DNA of 37,817 nt from Bacteroidota bacterium. GTDB taxonomy: Bacteria > Bacteroidota > Ignavibacteria > SZUA-365. The notes beneath the pieces were generated by a model. It ran no database searches, had not been told where the DNA came from, and saw nothing but the letters and a program-made list of their open reading frames with translations. The position numbers and the translations under genes were made by a program. Shown here in pieces: positions 1 through 9,831 of the stretch. How positions within the stretch are numbered: the stretch's first letter is position 1; each line of letters begins with the position of its first letter. Where the stretch lies: NCBI GenBank assembly GCA_018224415.1, contig JAGTUZ010000021.1, positions 1 to 37,817 on the forward strand. Reading direction: 5' to 3'.

Positions 1-597
1 CTCGGGCAACTGCCGCAACATCCGCAGCTGCCGCGCTGGTGCTGTGTCGGTCGCCACCCCTGGCATGCGGCGGCGGAATCGGGTGGATCGGTTGCGAAAC
101 AGCTCGATGCAGCCCTTGGCACCCCGGAATGCATCGCGCTGGGCGAGGTGGGGCTTGATCGTGTGCATGGTCCCGCCATTGCACGACAGATGGAAATACT
201 GGACGCCCAGCTCGATCTGGCGGAGAAGCATGGCATCCCGGTGGTGTTTCACTGCGTCCGCGCCCATGCCGACCTTCTGCAGCTCCGCAAACGACGCGCC
301 CCCGGCCAGCCCTGGATCATCCATGGATTCGCCGGACACGGCGAACTCGCCGGTCAGCTGCTGCGCATGGATTTCCACTTGTCCTTCGGCGCGGCCCTGC
401 TTTCGACTGGCGCCAAGGCGCGCGAGGCACTGACACAGGTCCCCCTCCATCGTCTGTTTCTTGAAAGCGACGAAAGCGGCCTGGATATGGCTCTGCTGTA
501 CCGCACAGCCGCGGATGTTCTCGGCTGCTCCGTGCCGCAACTGCGACGCGCGATCGCAGGCAATTTCCGTGAAGTGTTCGATCGGGAGGTCGAATGA
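1..597 (+). CDS. tatD: TatD-family hydrolase/DNase, 5'-truncated by the window edge
   Basis: Frame is open from base 1, upstream of the track's 148 start. TatD motifs: VGRHPWH, IALGEVGLD, VVFHCVRA, IIHGF, LFLESD. Stop overlaps the next start (ATGA at 594-597). Confidence 0.88.
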   Translation, partial: LGQLPQHPQLPRWCCVGRHPWHAAAESGGSVAKQLDAALGTPECIALGEVGLDRVHGPAIARQMEILDAQLDLAEKHGIPVVFHCVRAHADLLQLRKRRAPGQPWIIHGFAGHGELAGQLLRMDFHLSFGAALLSTGAKAREALTQVPLHRLFLESDESGLDMALLYRTAADVLGCSVPQLRRAIAGNFREVFDREVE

Positions 598-1322
598 TTC
601 CGGCATGGCAGGAACGGACGCAACTGCTGCTCGGGGAGCGACGGGTCGCCTCCTTGCGAGAACGGCATGTACTCGTGGCAGGACTCGGCGGCGTCGGGGC
701 CTATGCGGCGGAGATGATCGTTCGTGCCGGGGTGGGGCGACTGACAATCGTCGATGGTGATACCGTCCATGCGAGCAACAGGAACAGACAGCTTCCGGCA
801 CTCTGCAGCACCGAGGGAAGGGCGAAGGCAGAGGTGATGGCGGAGCGGCTGTATGATATCAATCCAGAACTGGATCTGAAGGTAGTAAAAGAATATCTTC
901 GCGACGAACGGCTGGAGGAAATCGTGACCCGCCGCTACGATTACGTCGTCGACGCCATCGATACGCTTTCGCCAAAGGTGTTTTTGCTTTTCAACGTCCT
1001 CAAGGCCGGCAACCCGGTGGTTTGTTCATTGGGCGCGGGAGGAAAGCTTGATCCCCTGCAGGTGCGCATCGACGACATTTCCCGATCGCATCACTGCCGG
1101 CTCGGCAAGATCCTTCGCAAGCGGCTGCATCGTCTCGGTGTTCGGGAGGGGATCACGGTTGTGTACTCGGCCGAAGACATCCGTCCCGAGGCAATGCGTG
1201 CGACCGAAGACGAACAGAATAAAAAGACCATCGTCGGTACGATTTCCTATATGCCGCCGATTTTCGGCTGCGCCTGCGCGTCGGTGGTGCTGCGCGGACT
1301 TCTTGCTGACGTCGACGCGTGA
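594..1322 (+). CDS. tcdA: tRNA threonylcarbamoyladenosine dehydratase (ThiF/E1-like family)
   Basis: RTQLLLG N-terminus, GLGGVG nucleotide-binding loop, DGDTVHASNRNRQ, VVDAID, GAGGKLDP, VVYSAE and C-terminal GTISYMPPIFG. Confidence 0.92.
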   Translation: MIPAWQERTQLLLGERRVASLRERHVLVAGLGGVGAYAAEMIVRAGVGRLTIVDGDTVHASNRNRQLPALCSTEGRAKAEVMAERLYDINPELDLKVVKEYLRDERLEEIVTRRYDYVVDAIDTLSPKVFLLFNVLKAGNPVVCSLGAGGKLDPLQVRIDDISRSHHCRLGKILRKRLHRLGVREGITVVYSAEDIRPEAMRATEDEQNKKTIVGTISYMPPIFGCACASVVLRGLLADVDA

Positions 1323-1328
1323 ACCGTC

Positions 1329-2729
1329 TCACGAAGGGGAGGAGTGCACCGCCAGGGCGAAGCGTCGGCTGAGGATATGGAAACGGGTGACGAAGGAGAT
1401 AGCGGCCACGGTCAGGCCAATGACGAAGCCCATCCATACGCCCGTCGCTCCCCATCCCGCCTCGAAGGCCAGCAGGTAACCTGCCGGAACGCCAAGCGCC
1501 CAGTACGCCCCGAGGGCGATGAGCATGGGAATCGTCACGTCGGTCATTCCCCGGAGGATGCCGTGTCCCACCACCTGTGCTCCATCCGAGATCTGGAACA
1601 GTGCGGCAAAAACAAGCAAGGTCGAGGCAAGACCACGCACCGTGGGATCGTCGATGTACAGGGCGGGAAGCACATGGCGGAACAGCACAAAACCCAGGGC
1701 GGCACAGGCCATGGTGCCGATGCCCATCATCACGGCGGAGAATCCGGCGGTGCGCACATCGTCGGCGTTGCCGCGTCCGAACGCGTTGCCGACACGGATC
1801 GTGGCGGCGTGCGAAATGCCAAGCGTCACCATGAAGCTGACGGAGGCAAGGTTGAGCGCGATCTGATGCGCGGCGAGAGCGGTCGCTCCCAGCCAGCCGA
1901 TCATGATTGCCGAGAACGAGAATGCGCCTGCCTCGAATACATATTGTAGTCCGCTCGGCAGTCCGATGCGCAGCAGGCGGGAGATGACCGGACGGTTGAT
2001 GCTGCGGAACTGCAGCAATGGATGGTAGCGACGGAATGCCCGGGCGCGCAGCACATACAGCATGAGCGCCGCCGCGGAGAACACCTCCACCATCAAGCTG
2101 CTAATGCCCGCGCCCGTCAGGCCGAGGGCAGGCATTCCGAGGTTTCCGTGGATGAACACCCAGTTGCCGAAGATGTTGACCACGTTGCCAAGCAGTATGG
2201 TGACCATTGCGGGCTTGGTGTAGGAAAGCCCCTCGATAAAGGCACGAAAGGAAAAAAAGATGGTCATGGGGACAAAACTGAATCCCATGATGCGCAGGTA
2301 GGGGATGGCGTGATCCACCACGTCGGGGGGCTGCTTCATGTAGCCGAGCAGATCTGCGACAAGCCAGGTACTGATCACGAGCAGGGCGCCGATGACGGTA
2401 TTTGCCAGCAGTCCCTGACGAAAGGTGATTCCGGCCTGCTCATGGTCGCCACTGCCGTCGGCGATGGCGGTCAGCGGAGTAATGGCGTTGCAGATTCCGA
2501 CGGCAAACACCAGCATGAGTATGAAAATGCCATGTCCCAACGAAGCAGCGGCGAGCGGGACCTCACCGAGCCTGCCGACCATGATGCTGTCGGTCACAGA
2601 CAGCATCACGTGACCGAGCTGGCCGATGGCCACCGGCAAGGCCAGCAATGCCGTTTCACGCAGATGTGTGCGAAGGCTGCGACGCGTTCCGGCCGGCACG
2701 GCCTCGGCAGGACGGAAAGAATTATTCAT
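1329..2729 (-). CDS. MATE-family efflux transporter (NorM-like)
   Basis: About 12 hydrophobic segments; LALPV, DSIMVGRLG..LAA, GNLGMPALGLTGAGIS, IGLPSG, AAHQIALN, ATIRVGNAFG, FQISDGAQ, GILRG..D. Confidence 0.93.
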   Translation of the reverse strand: MNNSFRPAEAVPAGTRRSLRTHLRETALLALPVAIGQLGHVMLSVTDSIMVGRLGEVPLAAASLGHGIFILMLVFAVGICNAITPLTAIADGSGDHEQAGITFRQGLLANTVIGALLVISTWLVADLLGYMKQPPDVVDHAIPYLRIMGFSFVPMTIFFSFRAFIEGLSYTKPAMVTILLGNVVNIFGNWVFIHGNLGMPALGLTGAGISSLMVEVFSAAALMLYVLRARAFRRYHPLLQFRSINRPVISRLLRIGLPSGLQYVFEAGAFSFSAIMIGWLGATALAAHQIALNLASVSFMVTLGISHAATIRVGNAFGRGNADDVRTAGFSAVMMGIGTMACAALGFVLFRHVLPALYIDDPTVRGLASTLLVFAALFQISDGAQVVGHGILRGMTDVTIPMLIALGAYWALGVPAGYLLAFEAGWGATGVWMGFVIGLTVAAISFVTRFHILSRRFALAVHSSPS

Positions 2730-2757
2730 GGCTGCGTTACTGCGTTACTGCGACGGG

Positions 2758-4140
2758 TCAGATGCGGATTTCGCCGGCGAGTCGCTGCAGTTCGAGACGG
2801 CTGATCCGTACCTGGAAGCGTGCGACGATAACGGCGATCTCGGCGCGGACGTACTGTAACTGCGCGTCCCGGAACTCGAGCGAAGTGACCGTTGCGGTTT
2901 CGAAGCGCTCGAGCTGGAGATCGAGATTCCGTCGGGCGGCGGTCAGATTCGCTTCCTCGAGAGCCAGAGTGAGCTTTCGTGTTTCCATGGTCAGGTATTG
3001 TTCGCGCAGCAGTCCCTCGATGCGCATCTGCGTTTCCTCGAGGGCGATGGCGGAGGTGCGGCGTTCCAGTTCTGCCTGCTCGGTGTCGGTGGCGCTGCGG
3101 AAACCGTTGAACAGGTTGAGACTGAGATTCAGGCCCACTGCGGCGTCGGCGCTTTGTGTGCGGATATCCTCGGTGAAGCGTGGACTGCTGCTTGCGACCG
3201 TTCTGTCAGAGTAACCGTAATTCGCGAAGAGACTGAGACGCGGAAAGAACGCACTGCGCGAAACGCGCACACTGCTCTCGGCCGCGCGCAACGTCTGCTC
3301 TGCTGTCCGCAGGTCCGCGTTGCGCTCGAGTGCCATCGCGATCAGTTCGTCAAGGTCTGGCAGCAACGCCTCCGGCACGGGCTCGTCGGCGACGCGCAAC
3401 GGAGTGGTGGCTTCCCTGCCAAGCTCAAGATTGAGCTCCCTCTGGGCGATCTCCAGCGCGAGGCGCTGGGAGAGGACGGCGGAGGAGTCATTGTGGAAGG
3501 CGATCTGGGCATTCAGATAATCGGATACGGATCCCCCCAGATCCCTTCGAACTCCGGCCCTTTCGAAGCGGAGCCGTGAAATGGCCAGCGCTTCTTCCAA
3601 CACGCCGAGCAACTGCTGCTGCTGCACTGATTGCAGGTAGGATCGCAGCACCGAGACAACGGTCTGTTCGATCGCCGCGCGCGCCTGCTGTGTTCCAAGC
3701 TCGGCGAGTTCGTCGTAGCGCCGCGCTTCCGCGAACATGCGGAAGCCGTCGAACAGCGTCCAGTTCAGCGCCAGCTGTCCCGACCAGCCAGCGGTGTTGG
3801 AGTTGCCGAAACTGAACGGAGAATTCGTTTCCTGCCGCGACTCCGCCAGGGAGACCGAGCCGCTTGCATCGAGCGTGGGGAGGAATCCGGCGGTGCCGTA
3901 TCCGGTTCTGTTCCGTGCAATTTCGGCATTGATGCGCGCGATGCGGATGCGGTGATTGCGTTCCAATGCGATGCGGATCGCGTCCTCGACGCCCAGTGTC
4001 GCTTCGGTGGACGGCGGGGATGGACGCGCACGCATTGCACTCTCCTGCGCCACGGCATCCGGGACGAGCAGCGCGAGAAGCAGCGCGGCAACAGCGGCGG
4101 TCGCTCGGATGGTTGGAGGAACACAGCGTAGGCGGATCAT
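2758..4140 (-). CDS. TolC-family outer membrane efflux protein
   Basis: Signal peptide; two OEP repeats (AIRIALERN...FLPTLD...LNWTLFDGF and ALERNADL...FFPRLSL...LNLFNGF); start overlaps the RND stop. Confidence 0.92.
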   Translation of the reverse strand: MIRLRCVPPTIRATAAVAALLLALLVPDAVAQESAMRARPSPPSTEATLGVEDAIRIALERNHRIRIARINAEIARNRTGYGTAGFLPTLDASGSVSLAESRQETNSPFSFGNSNTAGWSGQLALNWTLFDGFRMFAEARRYDELAELGTQQARAAIEQTVVSVLRSYLQSVQQQQLLGVLEEALAISRLRFERAGVRRDLGGSVSDYLNAQIAFHNDSSAVLSQRLALEIAQRELNLELGREATTPLRVADEPVPEALLPDLDELIAMALERNADLRTAEQTLRAAESSVRVSRSAFFPRLSLFANYGYSDRTVASSSPRFTEDIRTQSADAAVGLNLSLNLFNGFRSATDTEQAELERRTSAIALEETQMRIEGLLREQYLTMETRKLTLALEEANLTAARRNLDLQLERFETATVTSLEFRDAQLQYVRAEIAVIVARFQVRISRLELQRLAGEIRI

Positions 4141-7100
4141 GTGTGCTCCTCGTTCGTGGCATAACGGGTTTCCAGGACGGCGGGTTCAACCGCTTCCGGA
4201 GTTGTCCACTCGCGCCGCACCCAGTTGCTCCAGAGTCTCCTGAACCTGTTGAGTACGAGGAAGGAGGAAGGCACAACGATCAGCAGGATGAAAGTTCCGA
4301 ACGCGAGTCCGTAAGCAACGGAAATTGCCATCGGAATCAGGAACTGCGCCTGCCTGCTTGTTTCGAGAATCAACGGCGCAAGTCCGAGGGCCGTTGTTGT
4401 TGTGGTCAGGAGAATGGGACGCAGACGGGAAAGTCCCCCTTGATAGACCGCATCGTAAACGGACATTCCGGATCGCAGATTCCGGTTGATCTGGTCGATG
4501 AGCACGATGCTGTCGTTGATGATGATGCCGGTCAGGGCGATGATGCCGTAGAGAGAAAGTGTGTTGACTTGCACGCCGTGGATGCCGTGTCCCCAGACTG
4601 CCCCGAGAATGCCGATGGGAATGATACCGAACACCAGCAGCGCCTGCGCATAGGAACGGAAGACCAGCGTGACCATGATGAACATGGCGATCAGCGCCAC
4701 CGAGAACGCCGAACGCATCGAGGCGGTGGTTTTCGCCTGGTTGCGCGACTGTCCCTCGAAGGATGCACGCACGCCGCGCACCTGCGAGAGAATGCCGGGC
4801 AGCACGCCGGAGCGGATTTCATCGAGAATGGGAGGGAGGTCATCGCTGAAATCGGCGAGATTGGCCTCGACCTTGATCTCGCGCTGGTTTTCAAGACGGT
4901 TGATGCTGATCAGGCCACGGTCGATGGTGTACGTCGCCAGTTCGGAGAAGGGATACTCGGCACCGTCGGGTGTGCGGATGCGCATGCGATCGATGAATCC
5001 CAGGGCGGAACGATCCTCTTCGGTGTATCGCACCCAGACACGGATTTCATCCCGGCCCCGCTGGATGCGCTGCACTTCGAGTCCGAAGAATCCCTGACGC
5101 ACCTGCGAGGCGACATCCCGAAGAGAGAGTCCGAGAGCGTAGGCCTGCGGTTTGAGACTGATGTCGATCTCGCGTCTTCCTTCCTGCTCGGAGTCCGTCA
5201 CATCCTTGAGCGTCGGAAAATTCCGCAGTTCCTCGACAAGAAGATCGCGCGCACGGGTGAGCTGCACCAGATCGTTGCCCAGCAGGCTGACGGACACCGG
5301 CTTTCCGAAAAAGCCGACCCGGCCATAGGTGAGCTTCTGCGCTTCCGGCACGGGACCTACTGCCTCGCGAAGGCGGTTGGCGAGATCCGGCGTATCCATG
5401 TCACGCACTTCGCCGTCAAGCAGCTCGAGGGTCAGCTTGCCGGTGTGGCTTCCCGATTCGCCGAATTCGTTGGAACCGATGTCGCGCTTGATGCCGATGA
5501 CAATGTCCTTGCCGTCGGCGCGCTCCCGCTTCATCTCTTCGTTGAGCTGCCAGGCGGTGCGTTCGATGCGGCTGAGCAGCGAATCGGTATCGGCTTCCTG
5601 TCTGCCGGCAACCAGCGTGAGGTTCACCGGCAGTGTGTCGCCATCGATGAAGGGGAAAAAGGTGAGGCCGATCACACCGCCACGCAGCAATCCCACGGTG
5701 ATCATCACTGCCGCGACGGGAGTGACCACCACCAGCCATTTATGCTGCAGGGCGAAGCGCAGCGAACTGCCGTATACCCGATGCGTCAGCCAGTGGATGA
5801 ACGCGTCGATGCGCTTGCGGATGCGATTGTCTTCCGCGTGCGGATGCAATCCCTTCGAATGCGCCAGATGGGCGGGAAGAATGAGAAAGGACTCGACCAG
5901 CGAGAATGCGAGCGTGGCAATGACGACAAGGGCCATGTGCCAGATGAACTTTCCAAGGAAACCGTCGAGGAAGAAAAACGGAAGGAAGGCGACGATGGTG
6001 GTGAGCACGGATGTGGTTACGGGTGCAAGCATCTCGCGCGTCCCGTCAATCGCAGCACGGAGCGGCGGTTTGCCCTGTTCGTAATGGGCGTAGATGTTTT
6101 CGCCCACAACGATGGCGTCATCGACCAGGATGCCGACCACAACAATCATCCCGAACAGGGAAATCACGTTGATCGTGATGCCGACCAGGCCGGCGACAAT
6201 GAACATTCCCGCAAAAGAGAAAGGGATGCCGATGGACACCCAGAAGGAGAGACGGAGGTTGAGGAAAAAGCCAAGAGCGATGATGACGAGGACGAGTCCC
6301 ACGAGTCCGTTGGTGAGCAGCAGGTCGAGGCGCTGCTGCAGTGTAACGGTGCGGTCGTCGAGAATCACCGTACGTATGCTTGCATGCGAATCGTCAAAGT
6401 TGGTGGCCAGCCGTTTGGCTGTTTCAGCCACGGCAAGGATGTCCTCTTCCGCCGTCTTGTCGATGTTCAGCACAACCGCGGGATGGCCGTCGTAATAGGT
6501 TTTGTCCGGCACGTCCTCCCAGCGTTCGCGCAGTTCGGCGACGTCCTTGAGCATCACCGGTGTGCCGTCGGCGCTGGCGCGGACGACCAGCCCGGCGAGT
6601 TCGCGGGCGAAGTACTCGCGGGCATTCGCACGGATGAGGATCTCCTCGTCGCGCGTGTCGATCTTTCCGCCGGAAAGGTTGATGTTTTCCGCCCCGATGG
6701 CTTCGGATACATCGCGGAAGCTGAGGTCAAAGCGCCGCAGGTTTTCTTCCGATACCTCGATGGAAAACTCCAACCGCGGTACTCCCTCGACATCGACCTG
6801 AGAAATCTCCGGCGTGGCCAGCAGTTCGTCGCGCAGACGTTCGGCGTAGTATTTCAGGTTGTACAGGTCGGTTTCACCGTACAGGACAACGGACAGGGCG
6901 CGGGACCGGAATTTCTGTTCGAAGATGACCGGCTTCTCGCTGCCGAGCGGAAAGGAGTTGATGCGATCGACGGCGTTTTTGACGTCCTGCACCACCACAT
7001 CCATGTTCGATTCCGGCAGCACTTCCACGGTCACAACGCCGAAGTTCTCCCGGGAGACAGACGTGACACGATCGACCCCCTCGAGACCGTCGAGCGCTTC

Positions 7101-7307
7101 CTCGATCTTGAGCACCACGCCTTCCTCGACTTCCTCGGGAGAGGCGCCGGGATAGGCAACCTGCACGGTCAGGAAATCGGGACGGGTCTCGGGAAAGAAC
7201 GAGAATTTCATGCCCGAGAGAAACAAGAAGCCGAACAGCAGGATGCTGAACATGACCACGTTCGTCCAGACGCGGTAACGAACGAAAAACGCGATGGCGC
7301 CGTTCAT
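4137..7307 (-). CDS. RND efflux permease (AcrB/AcrD/AcrF family)
   Basis: 1056 aa; YPGASPEEVE, GILVDDAIVVGEN (TM4 Asp pair), SRLRPILLTT, LIPMAISVAYGL; two large periplasmic loops. Confidence 0.95.
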   Translation of the reverse strand: MNGAIAFFVRYRVWTNVVMFSILLFGFLFLSGMKFSFFPETRPDFLTVQVAYPGASPEEVEEGVVLKIEEALDGLEGVDRVTSVSRENFGVVTVEVLPESNMDVVVQDVKNAVDRINSFPLGSEKPVIFEQKFRSRALSVVLYGETDLYNLKYYAERLRDELLATPEISQVDVEGVPRLEFSIEVSEENLRRFDLSFRDVSEAIGAENINLSGGKIDTRDEEILIRANAREYFARELAGLVVRASADGTPVMLKDVAELRERWEDVPDKTYYDGHPAVVLNIDKTAEEDILAVAETAKRLATNFDDSHASIRTVILDDRTVTLQQRLDLLLTNGLVGLVLVIIALGFFLNLRLSFWVSIGIPFSFAGMFIVAGLVGITINVISLFGMIVVVGILVDDAIVVGENIYAHYEQGKPPLRAAIDGTREMLAPVTTSVLTTIVAFLPFFFLDGFLGKFIWHMALVVIATLAFSLVESFLILPAHLAHSKGLHPHAEDNRIRKRIDAFIHWLTHRVYGSSLRFALQHKWLVVVTPVAAVMITVGLLRGGVIGLTFFPFIDGDTLPVNLTLVAGRQEADTDSLLSRIERTAWQLNEEMKRERADGKDIVIGIKRDIGSNEFGESGSHTGKLTLELLDGEVRDMDTPDLANRLREAVGPVPEAQKLTYGRVGFFGKPVSVSLLGNDLVQLTRARDLLVEELRNFPTLKDVTDSEQEGRREIDISLKPQAYALGLSLRDVASQVRQGFFGLEVQRIQRGRDEIRVWVRYTEEDRSALGFIDRMRIRTPDGAEYPFSELATYTIDRGLISINRLENQREIKVEANLADFSDDLPPILDEIRSGVLPGILSQVRGVRASFEGQSRNQAKTTASMRSAFSVALIAMFIMVTLVFRSYAQALLVFGIIPIGILGAVWGHGIHGVQVNTLSLYGIIALTGIIINDSIVLIDQINRNLRSGMSVYDAVYQGGLSRLRPILLTTTTTALGLAPLILETSRQAQFLIPMAISVAYGLAFGTFILLIVVPSSFLVLNRFRRLWSNWVRREWTTPEAVEPAVLETRYATNEEHT

Positions 7308-8455
7308 TTGTCCCTGCCTTCGACATCCGTCAGACGGGCAGCAGCCGGCATGCCATCAGACACGCCCTGCAGCAGCTCCGTTACGAGCGTGTCTCCGCGC
7401 TGGAGTCCTGCGGAAACGAGCACGCTCCGCGGCTGCCGCCGGGCGATGGTCACATCGCGTCGCTGCAGCGCGCCTCCGTCAATCACGTACACGTAACGCT
7501 CCTCGTACAATGCGCGCCGGGGAACAGAGATGGCGGAAGACAGGGGGGTGCCGGGAATCACGGCGCGGAGGTACATTCCCTCGTACAATGCATCACCGCC
7601 GCCCCGGACGGCAATAAAGACGGGAATGGTCTGCGTTCGCTGGTCCACGGCGCTTCCGATCCGTGTGATGGTGCCGGTCCAGGAGACATCGCTGCCCTCC
7701 GCGCTCAGTCGCACGGGTCGCGAGCGGTCGATCCACGACACGTCACCAGCCGGTATCGGCGCCTGAAGCTCGAGGTTCTCCAGGCTGATGATTTCTCCGA
7801 GCACGCCTCCGACGCGGGCGGCCGAACCCTCGCGCACGGCAGTGCTCACGATGGCTCCGTTGAACGGTGCCACGATCGTGTGCTTTTCAAGCGTCACTTC
7901 GAGATTCTTTACTGCGAAAAAAAGTTTGTGCACATTGAAACGTGTCAGCAGCAGGCGCACTTTCCGCTGCTCCGATTCGGGAAGCGGACCCAGCGGACGA
8001 TCGAACGAGCTGCCATCAAAATATTCCTGCCAGCGCAGATAGTCATCGGGGAATTCGATTTTCAGTTCGGGGAGTACCGTGGCCAACGCATTGAGAAAAT
8101 CGCTTTTCGCGCTGTTGAGGTTGTACCGTACCTGACGGTCGTCAATGCGCAGCAGTACCTGCCCCTTGCGGAAACGCTGTCCCGGAAGGAAGGCGGGTTT
8201 GCCGGCCTGCAGCAGGCCGGCCACTTCACTCACCAGTTGCACCGGCTGCGTCGAGGTGACTCGTCCGATGGCCTCGATGGTTGTCGGCACGGCGCCCGAG
8301 TCGATCACGCGCGCTTCCACGCTTCTGACCAGGACCGGCGGACGCCGCCGGGTCGGTTCCTCGCGCATGCTTGTGAACAACTGCATGAGGATGTATCCCA
8401 GCGCAAGCACCGCGATGGGCAGGACGATGAAAATCAGACGTTTGTTCAAGAGCAT
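7304..8455 (-). CDS. RND periplasmic adaptor (membrane fusion protein)
   Basis: Start moved to ATG 8455 (MLLNKRLIFIVLP...) ahead of an N-terminal TM anchor. Lipoyl-like halves SEVAG..GQRFRKGQVLLRID and IVAPFNG; VDQRTQT; VSAGLQRGD. Confidence 0.9.
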   Translation of the reverse strand: MLLNKRLIFIVLPIAVLALGYILMQLFTSMREEPTRRRPPVLVRSVEARVIDSGAVPTTIEAIGRVTSTQPVQLVSEVAGLLQAGKPAFLPGQRFRKGQVLLRIDDRQVRYNLNSAKSDFLNALATVLPELKIEFPDDYLRWQEYFDGSSFDRPLGPLPESEQRKVRLLLTRFNVHKLFFAVKNLEVTLEKHTIVAPFNGAIVSTAVREGSAARVGGVLGEIISLENLELQAPIPAGDVSWIDRSRPVRLSAEGSDVSWTGTITRIGSAVDQRTQTIPVFIAVRGGGDALYEGMYLRAVIPGTPLSSAISVPRRALYEERYVYVIDGGALQRRDVTIARRQPRSVLVSAGLQRGDTLVTELLQGVSDGMPAAARLTDVEGRDK

Positions 8456-8527
8456 TCCGGGGCTGGGTGGGACATGGTGCCGGGCACGGCGCTGACCGAT
8501 AGGGCACAATCAAGAAAAACCCGATAT

Positions 8528-8571
8528 CGAGGGAAATCGTTTCCCATTTCTCACGAGGGAAATCGTTTTCT
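8528..8571. promoter_or_regulatory. Tandem LacI-family-like operator pair in the divergent intergenic region
   Basis: 15-bp direct repeat CGAGGGAAATCGTTT at 8528-8542 and 8554-8568. Both copies fit GnAAnCGnTTnC; the first forms the near-palindrome GGGAAATCGTTTCCC. Confidence 0.5.
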
Positions 8572-8859
8572 GAAATCGCGAGAGTGGTCGTATTTCGCGA
8601 TGGTTTGGCGAGAGCGGTTTCCGTGTCTTTGAAACATGTGACACGGACGTCTTTCAGACACTGGCGTATTGTTGTTGCGTTGTGTATTTTTTCCTTTGCT
8701 CTCCGAATCGAGCGAGTTCGATTCACATCGTTTCCGGACGCATCATCCACGGCATTTCTCCGCACGGTCGTTGCTGTGCCTCGGTCCCGAAGACCGCAAG
8801 GCTGCCTTCGCGCATCGGCACCGCGTAACGCATTCCCATCACCGCAAGGATACGCCTTG

Positions 8860-9801
8860 ATGAACAACGTCATCCGTCCCCGCCGCGTTCATTCCGTCAC
8901 ACATACGCTCCATCCTGATCGCTCCATGCGTGTCCGTCCCCGCCTCGGTCGCAAGCTTGCCCTTGCCGCACTCGTTGTCGTGGTCACAACCATTCTGCCG
9001 CTGTCCCCTCTGTTTGCCGGGAACTGGCCGATGGAACGGCGTGCGACCTACATCTCATTCGGGTATCGGGGGTTCAGCGGACAGCAGTATTTCGGATCTT
9101 CCGGCGAATCGCTCGCTATGCATCGCCTCGAGGAACAGACGCTGACCTTTTACAGCGAGTACGGGTATTCGAAGAACGTTTCCGCCATCGTGCAGCTTCC
9201 GGCGTTCCGCAAGCTCTATGCACAGGTAGACGCCGACGCACCGCTTTTGAGCGTGCAGTCGCCTGGGGATGTCGACCTCGGCATGCGTTTCACGCTCTGG
9301 CCGGGAGAACGGGACGCCGTTAGCGTCACTGCGCTGTTCGGTATCCCTCTCGGGGAAACCACACAGAACAAGGGTCTCTGGGCGGGAGACAACGAGTACA
9401 ACCAGCTCATTCTGCTTCGCTACGGACACCTGTTCGACCAGTTCGCCACATCTGTGAACGTCGAAACGGGATACAATTTCCGTAGCGGCGGCTATGCCGA
9501 CGAACTGCGATTCGCCGCCGAGATCGGTGTGCGTCCAATCGATGCCCTGGAATTGAAATTCCACCTGCGTTCGGTGCTCAGCCAGGACAACGGTGATTCG
9601 GATTTTTCCGGAGGTCGGTACGGATTTTCAAGCAACAACCAACGCTATCTTTTATACGGACCGGAAGTCGCCGTCTGGCTGTCGGGCAGCATGGGTCTGC
9701 ATTTTGGCCTGTACAACATCACCGACGCCCGGAACATGACGGGTTCCACCATACTGCAGTCGGGTCTGTTTTTTCTCCTGGCGCCGGTCTCGGTGCGATA
9801 G
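8860..9801 (+). CDS. Secreted hypothetical protein, probable outer-membrane beta-barrel
   Basis: Start uncertain: ATG 8860 has AAGGA upstream, ATG 8926 directly precedes a signal peptide. Alternating aromatic beta-strand pattern (YSEYGYS, GDVDLGMRF, ETGYNFR, YGPEVAVW). Ends at TAG. Confidence 0.65.
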   Translation: MNNVIRPRRVHSVTHTLHPDRSMRVRPRLGRKLALAALVVVVTTILPLSPLFAGNWPMERRATYISFGYRGFSGQQYFGSSGESLAMHRLEEQTLTFYSEYGYSKNVSAIVQLPAFRKLYAQVDADAPLLSVQSPGDVDLGMRFTLWPGERDAVSVTALFGIPLGETTQNKGLWAGDNEYNQLILLRYGHLFDQFATSVNVETGYNFRSGGYADELRFAAEIGVRPIDALELKFHLRSVLSQDNGDSDFSGGRYGFSSNNQRYLLYGPEVAVWLSGSMGLHFGLYNITDARNMTGSTILQSGLFFLLAPVSVR

Positions 9802-9831
9802 GTCACAGGGACTGGAGGCGAGCAGGACGCC

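Noticed and set aside
3966-7496. 1176-aa plus-strand ORF
   Set aside because: Antisense shadow of the RND gene caused by GC3 bias; no motifs.
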